Assembly (NCBI GenBank): GCA_032718475.1
Contig: JAUCBJ010003174.1
Span: forward strand, 1-64,000
Length of the DNA stretch: 64,000 nucleotides
Reading direction: 5' to 3'
Source: Nemertoderma westbladi
Taxonomy: Eukaryota > Animalia > Xenacoelomorpha
In this document: piece by piece, positions 12,001 through 24,100 of the stretch
How positions within the stretch are numbered: position 1 is the stretch's first letter
Layout of the letters: each line of letters opens with the position of its first letter
The notes under the pieces: model-generated
Database searches by the model: none
What the model was told of the DNA's origin: nothing
The model's input: the letters and a program-made list of their open reading frames with translations, nothing else
Program-made: the position numbers and the translations under genes

Positions 12001-15000
12001 GTATTGGTTGCTATGGGAGGGGGTTGAAAGCACGAGGTGCGTATTGGTTGCTATGGGAGGGGGTTGAAAGCACGAGGTGCGTATTGGTTGCTATGGGAGG
12101 GGGTTGAAAGCACGGGGTGCGTATTGGTTGCTATGGGAGGGGGTTGAAAGCACGGGGTGCGTATTGGTTGCTATGGGAGGGGGTTGAAAGCACGGGGTGC
12201 GTATTGGTTGCTATGGGAGGGGGTTGAAAGCACGGGGTGCGTATTGGTTGCTATGGGAGGGGGTTGAAAGCACGGGGTGCGTATTGGTTGCTATGGGAGG
12301 GGGTTGAAAGCACGAGGTGCGTATTGGTTGCTATGGGAGGGGGTTGAAAGCACGGGGTGCGTATTGGTTGCTATGGGAGGGGGTTGAAAGCACGGGGTGC
12401 GTATTGGTTGCTATGGGAGGGGGTTGAAAGCACGAGGTGCGTATTGGTTGCTATGGGAGGGGGTTGAAAGCACGGGGTGCGTATTGGTTGCTATGGGAGG
12501 GGGTTGAAAGCACGGGGTGCGTATTGGTTGCTATGGGAGGGGGTTGAAAGCACGGGGTGCGTATTGGTTGCTATGGGAGGGGGTTGAAAGCACGGGGTGC
12601 GTATTGGTTGCTATGGGAGGGGGTTGAAAGCACGGGGTGCGTATTGGTTGCTATGGGAGGGGGTTGAAAGCACGAGGTGCGTATTGGTTGCTATGGGAGG
12701 GGGTTGAAAGCACGAGGTGCGTATTGGTTGGTATGGGAGGGGGTTGAAAGCACGAGGTGCGTATTGGTTGCTATGGGAGGGGGTTGAAAGCACGAGGTGC
12801 GTATTGGTTGCTATGGGAGGGGGTTGAAAGCACGAGGTGCGTATTGGTTGCTATGGGAGGGGGTTGAAAGCACGAGGTGCGTATTGGTTGCTATGGGAGG
12901 GGGTTGAAAGCACGAGGTGCGTATTGGTTGCTATGGGAGGGGGTTGAAAGCACGAGGTGCGTATTGGTTGCTATGGGAGGGGGTTGAAAGCACGAGGTGC
13001 GTATTGGTTGCTATGGGAAGGGGTTGAAAGCACGAGGTGCGTATTGGTTGCTATGGGAGGGGGTTGAAAGCACGAGGTGCGTATTGGTTGCTATGGGAGG
13101 GGGTTGAAAGCACGAGGTGCGTATTGGTTGCTATGGGAGGGGGTTGAAAGCACGAGGTGCGTATTGGTTGCTATGGGAGGGGGTTGAAAGCACGAGGTGC
13201 GTATTGGTTGCTATGGGAGGGGGTTGAAAGCACGAGGTGCGTATTGGTTGCTATGGGAGGGGGTTGAAAGCACGAGGTGCGTATTGGTTGCTATGGGAGG
13301 GGGTTGAAAGCACGAGGTGCGTATTGGTTGCTATGGGAGGGGGTTGAAAGCACGAGGTGCGTATTGGTTGCTATGGGAGGGGGTTGAAAGCACGAGGTGC
13401 GTATTGGTTGCTATGGGAGGGGGTTGAAAGCACGAGGTGCGTATTGGTTGCTATGGGAGGGGGTTGAAAGCACGAGGTGCGTATTGGTTGCTATGGGAGG
13501 GGGTTGAAAGCACGGGGTGCGTATTGGTTGCTATGGGAGGGGGTTGAAAGCACGAGGTGCGTATTGGTTGCTATGGGAGGGGGTTGAAAGCACGAGGTGC
13601 GTATTGGTTGCTATGGGAGGGGGTTGAAAGCACGAGGTGCGTATTGGTTGCTATGGGAGGGGGTTGAAAGCACGAGGTGCGTATTGGTTGCTATGGGAGG
13701 GGGTTGAAAGCACGAGGTGCGTATTGGTTGCTATGGGAAGGGGTTGAAAGCACGAGGTGCGTATTGGTTGCTATGGGAGGGGGTTGAAAGCACGAGGTGC
13801 GTATTGGTTGCTATGGAAGGGGGTTGAAAGCACGAGGTGCGTATTGGTTGCTATGGGAGGGGGTTGAAAGCACGAGGTGCGTATTGGTTGCTATGGGAGA
13901 GGGTTGAAAGCACGAGGTGAGTATTGGTTGCTATGGGAGGGGGTTGAAAGCACGGGGTGCGTATTGGTTGGTATGGGAGGGGGTTGAAAGCACGAGGTGC
14001 GTATTGGTTGGTATGGGAAGGGGTTGAAAGCACAGGGTGCGTGTTGGTTGCTATGGGAAGGGGTTGAAAGCACGGGGTGCGTATTGGTTGCTATGGGAGG
14101 GGGTTGAAAGCACAGGGTGCGTATTGGTTGCTATGGGAAGGGGTTGAAAGCACGAGGTGCGTATTGGTTGGTATGGGAAGGGGTTGAAAGCACGAGGTGC
14201 GTATTGGTTGCTATGGAAGGGGGTTGAAAGCACGAGGTGAGTATTGGTTGCTATGGAAGGGGGTTGAAAGTACGAGGTGAGTATTGGTTGCTATGGGAGG
14301 GGGTTGAAAGCACGGTGTGCGTATTGGTTGGTATGGGAAGGGGTTGAAAGCACGAGGTGCGTATTGGTTGCGATGGTAGGGGGTTGAAAGCACGGGGTGC
14401 GTATTGGTTGCTATGGGAGGGGGTTGAAAGCACGGGGTGCGTATTGGTTGCTATGGGAAGGGGTTGAAAGCACGGGGTGCGTATTGGTTGGTATGGGAGG
14501 GGCTTGAAAGCACAAGGTGCGTATTGGTTGCTATGGGAGGGGGTTGAAAGCACGAGGTGCGTATTGGTTGCTATGGGAAGGGGTTGAAAGCACGGGGTGC
14601 GTATTGGTTGCTATGGGAGGGGCTTTAAAGCACGAGGTGAGTATTGGTTGCTATGGGAGGGGGTTGAAAGCACGGGGTGCGTATTGGTTGGTATGGGAAG
14701 GGGTTGAAAGCACGAGGTGCGTATTGGTTGCGATGGTAGGGGGTTGAAAGCACGGGGTGCGTATTGGTTGCTATGGGAGGGGGTTGAAAGCACGATGTGC
14801 GTATTGGTTCTATGGGAGGGGGTTGAAAGCACGAGGTGCGTAAGCCTATTGGTTGCTATGGGTGGGTGTTGAAGGGAAGATGTGAGTATTAGTTGCTATG
14901 GAAATGGGTTAAAGGGAAGAGGTTGTATTGGTTGTTATACGAAGGGGTTAAATGGACGTGGTGCATATTGGTTGCTATGGAAATGGGTTGAAGAGAAGAA

Positions 15001-15045
15001 GTGCGTATTGTTTGCTATGGGATGGGGTTAAATGCATATTGGTTG
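9013..15045 (+). repeat. 40-bp tandem array of the exon-4 donor junction, ~146 regular copies plus a few degenerate distal copies
   Basis: Unit tgggagggggttgaaagcacg(g/a)g|gtgcgtattggttgcta; makes up nearly all of the 6-kb intron; variants increase after ~13850 and copies are degenerate from ~14840. Confidence 0.97.
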
Positions 15046-15085
15046 ATGTCTGTATTTTCTATATTAATGAACTTTTTTTTTGTAG

Positions 15086-15216
15086 GAAATGTTGAAGATT
15101 GGCTTGGTAAAGTTGAAGAGTCGATGGTTGTCTCACTAAGGAAATTAACGAAACTCTCGTTAACAGATTACATGATGAGAAGCCGGGAAGAGTGGTTAAT
15201 ACTCCATCCATCCCAG
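15086..15216 (+). CDS. DNAH6: Dynein heavy chain exon 5 in window (last one found)
   Basis: tgtag|GA AAT GTT GAA GAT TGG...TCC CAG|gtaaag; GNVEDWLGKVEESMVVSLRKL...HPSQ continues LKAR|G in phase 1. Confidence 0.92.
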
Positions 15217-16309
15217 GTAAAGTGGTTAATAGTCCATCCATCCCAGTTAAACTGGTTAATACTCCATCCATCCCAGGTAATGTGGTTAATACTCCATCCA
15301 TCCCAGGTAAATTGGTTAATACTCCATCCATCCCAGGTAAACTGGTTAATACTCCATCCATCCCAGGTAAAGTGGTTAATACTCCATCCATCCCAGGTAA
15401 ATTGGTTAATACTCCATCCATCCCAGGTAAAGTGGTTAATAGTCCATCCATCCCAGTTAAACTGGTTAATAATCCATCCATCCCAGGTAAAGTGGTTTAA
15501 TACTCCATCCATCCCAGGTAAATTGGTTAATATTCCATCCATCCCAGGTAAAGTGGTTAATAGTCCATCCATCCCAGTTAAACTGGTTAATACTCCCTCC
15601 ATCCCAGGTAAACTGGTTAATACTCCATCCATCCCAGGTAAACGGGTTAATACTCCATCCATCCCAGGTAAAGTGGTTAATACTCCATCCATCCCAGGTA
15701 AAGTGGTTAATACTCCATCCATCCCAGGTAAACTGGTTAATAGTCCATCCATCCCAGGTAAATTGGTTAATACTCCATCCATCCCAGGTAAAGTGGTTAA
15801 TAGTCTATCCATCCCAGTTAAACTGGTTAATACTCCATCCATCCCAGGTAAACTGGTTAATAGTCCATCCATCCCAGGTAAATTGGTTAATACTCCATCC
15901 ATCCCAGTTAAACTGGTTAATGCTCCATCCATCCCAGGTAAAGTGGTTAATACTCCATCCATCCCAGGTAAAGTGGTTAATAGTCCATCCATCCCAGGTA
16001 AATTGGTTAATACTCCATCCATCCCAGGTAAAGTGGTTAATACTCCATCCATCCCAGATAAAGTGGTTAATAGTCCGTTCATCCCAGGTAAATTGGTTAA
16101 TACTCCATCCATCCCAGGTAAAGTGGTTAATACTCCATCCATCCCAGGTAAAGTGGTTAATACTCCATCCATACCAGGTAAAGTGGTTAATAGTCTATCC
16201 ATCCCAGGTAAACTGGTTAATAGTCCATCCATCCCAGGTAAAGTGGTTAATAGTCCATCCATCCCAGTTAAACTGGTTAATACTCCCTCCATCCCAGGTA
16301 AACTGGTTA
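15191..16309 (+). repeat. 30-bp tandem array of the exon-5 donor junction, ~37 copies
   Basis: Unit agtggttaatactccatccatcccag|gtaa; one 1-bp insertion near 15497; ends abruptly at the HPS6-like ORF. Confidence 0.97.
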
Positions 16310-17630
16310 TCAAACGCAATCCGTTGTGATGGAAACCGAAGTATTCCCGAGGAATTTCAACGTTTTTTTCCGGGTTTTTACCGGTTAAAGTTTCATTAAT
16401 AGTCGATTCCAGAAGAGAAATCGATTTAATTCTGTTTATAAACTTATCTCTTGTTATGTTAGACTGTCTGTTGGCGAGGAGTGCGACACCGGATAGTTTG
16501 AGTCTGTAGAGACCACCGCTGCACCAGACACCGTACTGCGGTACGGCGCCGCGGTTGCACCAGAAACCCAGCGACTCTACGGCGGACGCGTTTATCGCGT
16601 AAACGTACCGCTGAATACGGGAGCCGCTGGCGAGACAATATAAGGTTAACTCCAGTTCGGAAACACCGGCGGTGGAGCCGGTGAGAGCGATTAGTAGCGA
16701 ACCGTATACGGTGTAGCAGGTCCGTGAGTCTGTGGTGCTACCGGTAGCATCCAGTCCGCACAGTCTGATAAGTCCTCTAGCGGTGAGTCTATGCACTGAA
16801 TTATCCTTTGTAACGACTAGAAAGTCGTTGGCTGTTCTGTCTGCAATAACTTTAATTATTTGTTGGTATTTTTCTGGGGAGTAAAAATTTACAAATTTAA
16901 AATCGTGGGAAATTTTTCGATAATCTAAAGTCGTAAAATTATAAAAACCCGATAAAAATATTCCTTGTGAATCGAAAATGTTTAATGATTGGATATCTTC
17001 TTTATTGAAAATAAATAAAAGTATAAGTTTAGTATCTGTTAAGGACGATAATACAACAGCTGTGGTGTGCCCATCAAAGGAGAGCCGAGGACAGTGGGAT
17101 AAAAGCACCGAGGTATTGGAGAGACGGAAGGTGTAAGTCTGTTTGTCCACGCTGACTGTCGCTCTACATACGTCCCAATAGCGCTCTCGAGGTCTGCTTT
17201 GCGACCAAATTAGATTTTGGTTACACATCGCGCCACTCCAGATCTCTAACGGCCCGTGCGCCGCTCGCGACAGATCCTCGCTGCCAACCTGGGTCCACTC
17301 CGCTCCGATATAGACCCAGCACTGCAAGGCACCCCGGGCGCCCAGCACAACGAACCCGTTACCCTGCCACTCCGGTAGGAAGCACACTGCCGCGATGCCT
17401 TCCGGTACCTCCACTGTAGGTGTTCGTCCGCAGTGCGACGGTGAGGCGGTAGACAGCACCGAGAAGAGTTTCAGCTGGGTTTCTTTACCGGTTAGCAGTA
17501 GAAGCGATCCATTGGCTACCCAGACACGACGGATCAAGGCCAATGACGTGACGTCTTCCAATTCATCGGACGGTGTATATAAATATAGGCTGCGAACATC
17601 AACCAGTTCAAATATGGGTTTAGTATCCAT
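16310..17630 (-). CDS. HPS6: HPS6-like (BLOC-2 subunit) intronless ORF, N-terminal ~440 aa; runs into the 30-bp array (apparently truncated or fused)
   Basis: Motifs GSLLLLT, CFLPEW, LIWSQSR, VLLSHCP occur in the same order as recalled human HPS6 GRHLLLL, FFLPWP, LVWCEER, VLLHHCP; human HPS6 is also single-exon. Confidence 0.7.
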
Positions 17631-18731
17631 TGCTGGTTACATTGCGGTCATTTTCACCACCAACCACCAGCTGACCAGTGTCTAGCAAACAACAGCAATA
17701 TACGGTACTAGGCCTATTACAGTATTATTATATCATACTGTCATAACACAGTAACAGTGCCGGAACATTACTACTGGTACAGGCGCGGTGCATACCTACA
17801 TAACAATAAATTGATATGCTAAGCTAAGACTGCATACTGTACTGTACTTAGCTTAGCCTCTGTACGTATATTGCTGCATTCCTGCATTGGATTGGATTAT
17901 CCGGTAAACTAAGGGAGACCATCAGTTCAAACGGTAACTTATGCTATTGACTCTCGTTTATTGTTTTGGTTAGAATAACATCCCACTGCAACCTGATTCC
18001 TTCCCTGAATTGATCAACATTGTTCAATCGCCGCCGAGATTGAATTTGCGACAACCCCCCATCCCCCACCCCCCACTCCAATCAAATCTATAATCACAGA
18101 AAAAATGGTGTTTACTACAGTATTTCAGGCAAGTGGTCTGCAGTAATTCACCACAACAAGTCATAGATTCGATGAAGTCCGATGAAAACTACAGTAGGAG
18201 GTTAAAGTCATCCATGGGAGGGTTTGGTTTGTCAGAAACACATCCTAATACAGTAATATGATAAATGGTAAGTATAAACTTTAATTAACTTTAGGATGTC
18301 TTTAGGACCCGGTTGCTATTCCTCTTTACATACACAGTATGTAAGATAAACTTCGTACGATACTCATCGTGAATATGTACCCTAAATCAAATGAGAAGCA
18401 ATGCATCGGTACAGTATGTAACACAGTTCAACATTTGAAGTCAGTGCTTAAAAATATCCAAGTAAGTTACTGTTTATAAAAAGTTAAGATGCTTAAGTAA
18501 GTTAACGTTAATTTATTAACAAAAAGTTAAAAAGTAATAAAATTACTATAGCTTCTCGATAACGAAAATAGAACCAGATTAAGCGGCTTCGTTACGCCAT
18601 GACCTACAACTAGACCTGGTAACTTCCGGCTTCCGCATCCTACTAAATTTACTATTTAGTGGTCCGACTTCGTTTTTACTTTAAACCGGTGGTTATAGGC
18701 CGGCCTACTGATAGACTGTTAACGTGTTAAG

Positions 18732-19056
18732 CCCATGTGAAGAATACCAGGATTTCACTTTTCGGTCGACTTTTTATTAGAATTTTATATATGAAGATTT
18801 TTTATTTTCTTTATTTATCTTAATAATTCGCCACCGCTGGTGGCGAATTCATTTTTTCCGCTCCATTTGCTATAGAGTTGGATCATCCTTAGTCCTGTTT
18901 AATTACTTATATATTTTATTTATCTTTATTGTGTTTTATATAGCGCTTACTGTAATTCTGTCTTATAACCTGTACATATACTAATTCATTTATTGGTTAG
19001 ATTCACCCCTTCTGTAACCTGTGTTTTTGGTGAAAACCTGGTATTCTTCACATGGG
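18732..19056. mobile_element. MITE with ~27-bp terminal inverted repeats
   Basis: cccatgtgaagaataccaggatttcac at 18732 and its near-perfect reverse complement gtgaaaacctggtattcttcacatggg ending ~19056; TTAA-like flank on the left. Confidence 0.65.
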
Positions 19057-19320
19057 GGTAACTGTAAAGTGAAATATAACGGCAGAAAGTCTGGTATTCT
19101 TCACATGGGGGTAACTGCAAAGTGAAATATAACGGCAGAAAGTCTGGTATTCTTCACATGGGGGTAACTGTAAAGTGAAATATAACGGCAGAAAGTCTGG
19201 TATTCTTCACATGGGGGTAACTGTAAAGTGAAATATAACGGCAGAAAGTCTGGTATTCTTCACATGGGGGTAACTGTAAAGTGAAATATAACGGCAGAAA
19301 GTCTGGTAGTCTTCACATGG
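19038..19320. repeat. 53-bp tandem array (~5.3 copies) made of the MITE right end plus flank
   Basis: Unit ctggtattcttcacatgggggtaactgtaaagtgaaatataacggcagaaagt at 19038, 19091, 19144, 19197, 19250, 19303. Confidence 0.9.
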
Positions 19321-19435
19321 ACCGACTGTTAAACATTTAAGGTGAGGGAGACTATAGTCGTTATTGACTCTCTTTAATTGTTTAGGTTATAGAAGCAGTA
19401 GGTCGTGGTTAAGCTCTGCTAAAATAGCGACCCAC

Positions 19436-19756
19436 CTGAGTAAATAAATGAAACGATTTCTCCACGTCCAAACACGATTTACTAAAGAGAATCACAGTAG
19501 CCAATGAGTAGGTGCCATCGCAGTGGGTAGCCGGGCTGTTGGAACCAATCAGCATAAAGGGATTCCCGTGGGCCCGTTTACCCAACACAGGGTAAACCAG
19601 TGGGTGGGCGTGTTTACCCAGAGCGAGTCCGTCCACCAGGCAGTCTATATAGACCTCGACCTCTCGGTCCTGTCGACTTTCACTGAAGTTGATTGCTAAG
19701 TGGAACCACCGTTGTCGTGGCAACACGTTCGAGATTGCTGACTTGGAATAAATCGT
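19436..19756 (-). CDS. LYST: LYST exon (ConA-like region), last LYST exon found
   Basis: ttag|ACG ATT TAT...ACT CAG|gtgggt, 107 codons: VLPRQRWFHLAINF...YSLATVILFS...FHLFTQ. Confidence 0.75.
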
Positions 19757-19856
19757 CTAATTTGAAAAAAAAGCGATAAAAATAATGGAAAATGGCTATA
19801 GAGGCTGAACAATATATTTAATTGAACTTACATCATTCTCTATAAATAGAACTTAC

Positions 19857-20382
19857 GTCATTATTTAATCCGTTGGCTAATCGAAACAAAACCGAACCGC
19901 AAGTCGGCGAAACCCACAACTCAAAGAGAAGGGAGGCGTTGCCCACGGCAACTACACGCAGACAATCCTCGACGCTGATTGGCGGAAAGGAAGGTAATTT
20001 GGTCTCCTTAGGATGGCTGGTATCCAGCCGTAACCATAGAGACAAGGACATTCCCTTGTCGCGCAGAGGCCAAGTCAGGTTCTTAGTTAAAGGCAGTAGC
20101 AGACAGGCAGGAGGGCAGCCAATGGCGACAGCCGGTAGAATCCCCTCGGAGGGGGTTGCTGGGGGGTTTATAGGAAACCGAAAGTAATACTCGGGAATAA
20201 CTTTAATATTTGTTACTACGTGAAGAGCCAATGAAACCACTTTATCGGCGCTGCAACCGGGAGTGTTTATCCAATTAACGATGGATGCCCATTGGTCGAC
20301 GCTAATTGTCACTTCGGTTAAACGACCAATCAAATCACAAAGAGCGTTTTGGACAGATTCGTTTGTTTCTCCAATCATAAAT
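19857..20382 (-). CDS. LYST: LYST exon
   Basis: ttag|A TTT ATG...AAT GAC|gtaagt; WPLRDKGMSLSLWL and VGNASLLFELWVSP resemble the LYST ConA-like start; splice phases are consistent. Confidence 0.8.
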
Positions 20383-20852
20383 CTAAAACAATGTATTTTT
20401 TATACAACCAAAACACTAAGCCCATATAATTAGTAATTAATTCCTACATATAATAATTAATATACGAGACTAACCGTACATAGTAAATCTTGGTGATCCA
20501 TTAATAACAAAACTAGTTAGTTGCATTCTAAATGTAAGACGCGCCTCCTGTCTACCTTTCACGTGCTACACGAAAGCCCAACCCATTTTATTTTACTAGA
20601 AAAGCTAGCAATCTGGGTCAAAAGGAAACTGCCTAATAAACAATACACAAAAAGACCTGACCCGGGATCGAACCCGGTACTTTCCCTTCTTAAGTATGGC
20701 GAGTGAGCAATCAGAGATAAATCACCAGAACAACAACATTTTTTAGTGTACTTCTTTCTTACAACTACCTCTATAAAGAGGCAGTTACGTTATAATTTGA
20801 GACGTTTAATTACACTTGAGTCTAGGCCCATTTGGCGTAAAAAATAGTTCAC

Positions 20853-21078
20853 CTTTCAAACATGGCGATAAGACGATCAGCAGTTCCAGAATTATAGAGG
20901 ATTTTACAATTATCTTCTGATTGGTCAATAATATCGCGTATATTGTTAAGCAAACTGGACACATGTTTGACCTCTGGGCTCGATTGAATTAGATCCAGAC
21001 ACAGATTGACCAATTGTGGCCACAGCAGAAGGTGACCATGGTAATGGGATTCAGTAATACTGGGAGGAAGGTAACAAT
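20853..21078 (-). CDS. LYST: LYST exon
   Basis: tttcag|AT TGT...GAA AG|gtgaac; HLLLWPQLVNLCLDLI...NCKILYNSGTADRLIAMF. Confidence 0.78.
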
Positions 21079-21164
21079 CTGAAATTGAAAGGGAAAATTA
21101 AAATGTTAAAACAAATCAATGGAAATATTAATAATTATAAACAGTGTCTCGCACTATTCGAATA

Positions 21165-21796
21165 GATATCACCTACTCTCTGATTCACATGGACCTATAG
21201 GGCAGTACTGTTCGTACAGACATCACCTACTCTCTGATTCACATAGACCTATAGAGCAGTACTGTTCGTACAGACATCACCTACTCTCTGATTCACATAG
21301 ATGATAGACCTATAGGGCAGTACTGTTCGTACAGATATAACCTACTCTCTGATTCACATAGACCTATAGGGCAGTACTGTTCGTACAGACATCACCTACT
21401 CTCTGATTCACATAGACCTATAGAGCAGTACTGTTCGTACAGACATCACCTACTCTCTGATTCACATAGACCTATAGAGCAGTACTGTTCGTACAGACAT
21501 CACCTACTCTCTGATTCACATAGACCTATAGAGCAGTACTGTTCGTACAGACATCACCTACTCTCTGATTCACATAGACCTATAGAGCAGTACTGTTCGT
21601 ACAGACATCACCTACTCTCTGATTCACATAGACCTATAGAGCAGTACTGTTCGTACAGACATCACCTACTCTCTGATTCACATAGACCTATAGAGCAGTA
21701 CTGTTCGTACAGACATCACCTACTCTCTGATTCCAGATTCACATAGACCTATAGAGCAGTACTGTTCGTACAGACATCACCTACTCTCTGATTCAC
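21165..21796 (-). repeat. 54-bp tandem array of a LYST donor junction, ~11-12 copies
   Basis: Minus-strand unit GTGAATCAGAGA|gtaggtgatgtctgtacgaacagtactgctctataggtctat = 12 nt of exon + 42 nt of intron. Confidence 0.93.
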
Positions 21797-21959
21797 AATC
21801 TCCATCCCACCCGGAATCGAATCCTCCGGAATCCGCCCGCTCGCTTTCCGATGAACAACTTTCCGCCGGAGTTCCGTCGTCGACATCTCTTGATTCAGTT
21901 GATCGAGTTATCCTCTCGTTGTCATGGGAACGACATTCATCCTGGTTACTCCTGTGGCA
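21785..21959 (-). CDS. LYST: LYST exon
   Basis: cgcag|TGC CAC...GAG A|gtaggt; acidic segment ending GFDSGWDGDCESE; phase 1 matches the next exon. Confidence 0.75.
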
Positions 21960-22039
21960 CTGCGAAGCGAATAGAAACAGAATGTAATTAATTCTCACGA
22001 AAAAATAAAATATGTTTTAAAAAGTAGAAAGAGTACAGG

Positions 22040-23300
22040 TTGTGAGGCCTTCACTATTACTAGGTCGACCAAGCTCGGGCAGTGGTAATGAGATACTTCC
22101 ATGCTTCCCGTTTATCCATAATTGTCGCAATTTCGTTTTTCTCAAATACAGTATCCGTTTCAAGTTGGTCTATATACACTATGTTACAGCTGGTATTATA
22201 GCCCCAGATGGTATCCATTTTTGATGGAGCTGCTACCCATGCCTTTGCTTTCCTAGCTTCTATGTCTTTTTTGCTGCTCTCTATCCATGATCCAAGGTAC
22301 TGGAAGTCGTCGACCTTCCTTAGTTGATTATTATCAATAATTGTGGTCCAAGGTTACATCAACATTAAAAGTCATGAATTCGGTCTTGGTAGCATTTATA
22401 GGCAATCAATCCTCCTCAGCAGCCCTCTCCACTTTATTCAATAGAAGCTGTGCATCTGCTAGAGCATTAGAGAGCAGGGCGATTTCGTCCGCCAAGTCGG
22501 ATGCTGTTGTCCCACTTTTTGTTTATAAGGATGTAATCCAGCTGTGCTTTGGTTCCATTAAGGTATTGAAAGGTCCATAGCTTCCTCTTTCTCTTTTCGA
22601 ATGTGTTGTTTGTTGGTATCAATTCACACTCTTCCATTAGGTCTAAGAGTAAGCACCCATAGGTGTTATAGGTGTGACCCTTGATGTATTCTGGGACAAT
22701 TTGCGCATTCAGGTCATAAGCAATGACTTTGACATTGTGTTTTGGAATGTCCTTTTTAAGTCCAGTCAGATCTTCTTAAAACATGACTGCTTGTTCTGAT
22801 TCTGAGGCATTTGGTGGCACTGTAGCAACATATAACTGTTGTCTTGGGATTCCCATCAAATGTTGCAATCATGACCCTGGAATTTATAGCTTCGAGGATG
22901 TTTAGGGTATGAAGTGCAAATGGGATTAGCAGAATTCCTACACCACCAATTCATGCATTGGCCGAATTTCTTTCTGCTGAGTTTGTTACAAACTTCCATC
23001 CATTTTCCAATGTCATTGTGGCAGTATCTTCATGACAAATCCAAAGTTCTTGAATGCAGATGATGTCAATATTATATTCAATTTCCAGAGCTACCATATC
23101 ACCCGGTTTACTATGTGCTTTCAGTGTGAGTGCGCTCATTGTAGAAATCTTCAGTGTCTTTTTACATTTCAACAGGTTAGTTCTTCTTTCTTCTGTTCCA
23201 GTGGCCGATTTGTCGACCCCAGATGGTGTACCACTGAGGGAAGCGGTCCTTGTTGACCCGAGCGTCAACCGAGCCGGTATTTCTCCTTCACATACTAAGT
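22040..23300 (-). mobile_element. Decayed, internally deleted non-LTR retrotransposon (APE endonuclease plus RT thumb remnants, RTE-like)
   Basis: KISTMSALTL...IDIICIQE endonuclease motif near 23150-23040; VDDFQYLGSWI...RKAKAW near 22310-22235; multiple stops and frameshifts. Confidence 0.7.
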
Positions 23301-23641
23301 AAGTGAACCTTATCATACAGTGTTTTATCGGTTTAAAGAGGCCAAATAGGAATTTTCAACAGCGTGAAAACTCTGAAACGGTGATCGCGATTTGCGGGCA
23401 AATCGACCTTGAAGGAAATCCTCTGTAATTTTCAAAACCTCTACTTTTTCCTCGAGTTTCCTCTACTACACGTATTTCTACAAAATTGACCTGTTGATGA
23501 GATGAAGACATTCTAACATTGAGTTGGACAGACAGGCAAACAACAGACAGTACCGACATGGCCAGCATTAAAGCTGTGTGAGAAGGTTCAGTGACTTAGT
23601 GGTTCGATCCAGAAGCAAAACAAAGGGCGAACTTAACTTAC

Positions 23642-23803
23642 AGCAACACAAGTGAATCGACGCCGAGTCAATGCGTACGAAGATTGGTGTGTAACACTGC
23701 AGTAGAGGAGAATCCGACAAATAGAGAATCCCTGATACGTAGACAAAATATCCGAGTCGGAGTAAACCAAAGTAAACACAGAGATGAGACCGTCTATGGA
23801 TGA
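23642..23803 (-). CDS. LYST: LYST exon (weakly conserved)
   Basis: ttccag|TCA TCC...GTT GCT|gtaagt, 54 codons, phase 0/0 fits both neighbours. Confidence 0.6.
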
Positions 23804-24100
23804 CTGGAAAATATATAAACTGATACAATGAAAAATTTGTTGAAAATGAGATAATTACACTAAATAATTTCGAGGCAAGGTGTTTAAATAGAAAGAAGAT
23901 TCAATGTAGAAATACGAAGGTGTCAATATTGGACCCAATTGAGTGCAGTATGAGCCCTGCTGAAAAGGCCCGTACAACGCAGGAAATTTCTTCAACACCG
24001 AAGTTGTCGTTGTTGAGACCTTCATTTTTCAACATTAAATATCATTTTATTTAGTAATAAAATAATCGATTAATATGTAAAACATAAACTATGAATAAAC

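Noticed and set aside
10451-14832. Short ORFs in the 40-bp array (and similar ones at 60148 and 61321)
   Set aside because: By-products of repeat periodicity with non-ATG starts; no independent coding evidence.
9013-14840. CRISPR-like appearance of the long regular arrays
   Set aside because: Units are head-to-tail with no unique spacers, there are no cas genes, and the context is eukaryotic introns.
19040-19326. Next LYST exon after 19436
   Set aside because: The phase-0 frame hits a stop within ~22 codons, and the sequence is the MITE-end repeat.
20655-20712. tRNA genes here and at ~58895-58965
   Set aside because: Only degenerate B-box and A-box remnants without a full cloverleaf; likely SINE-derived.
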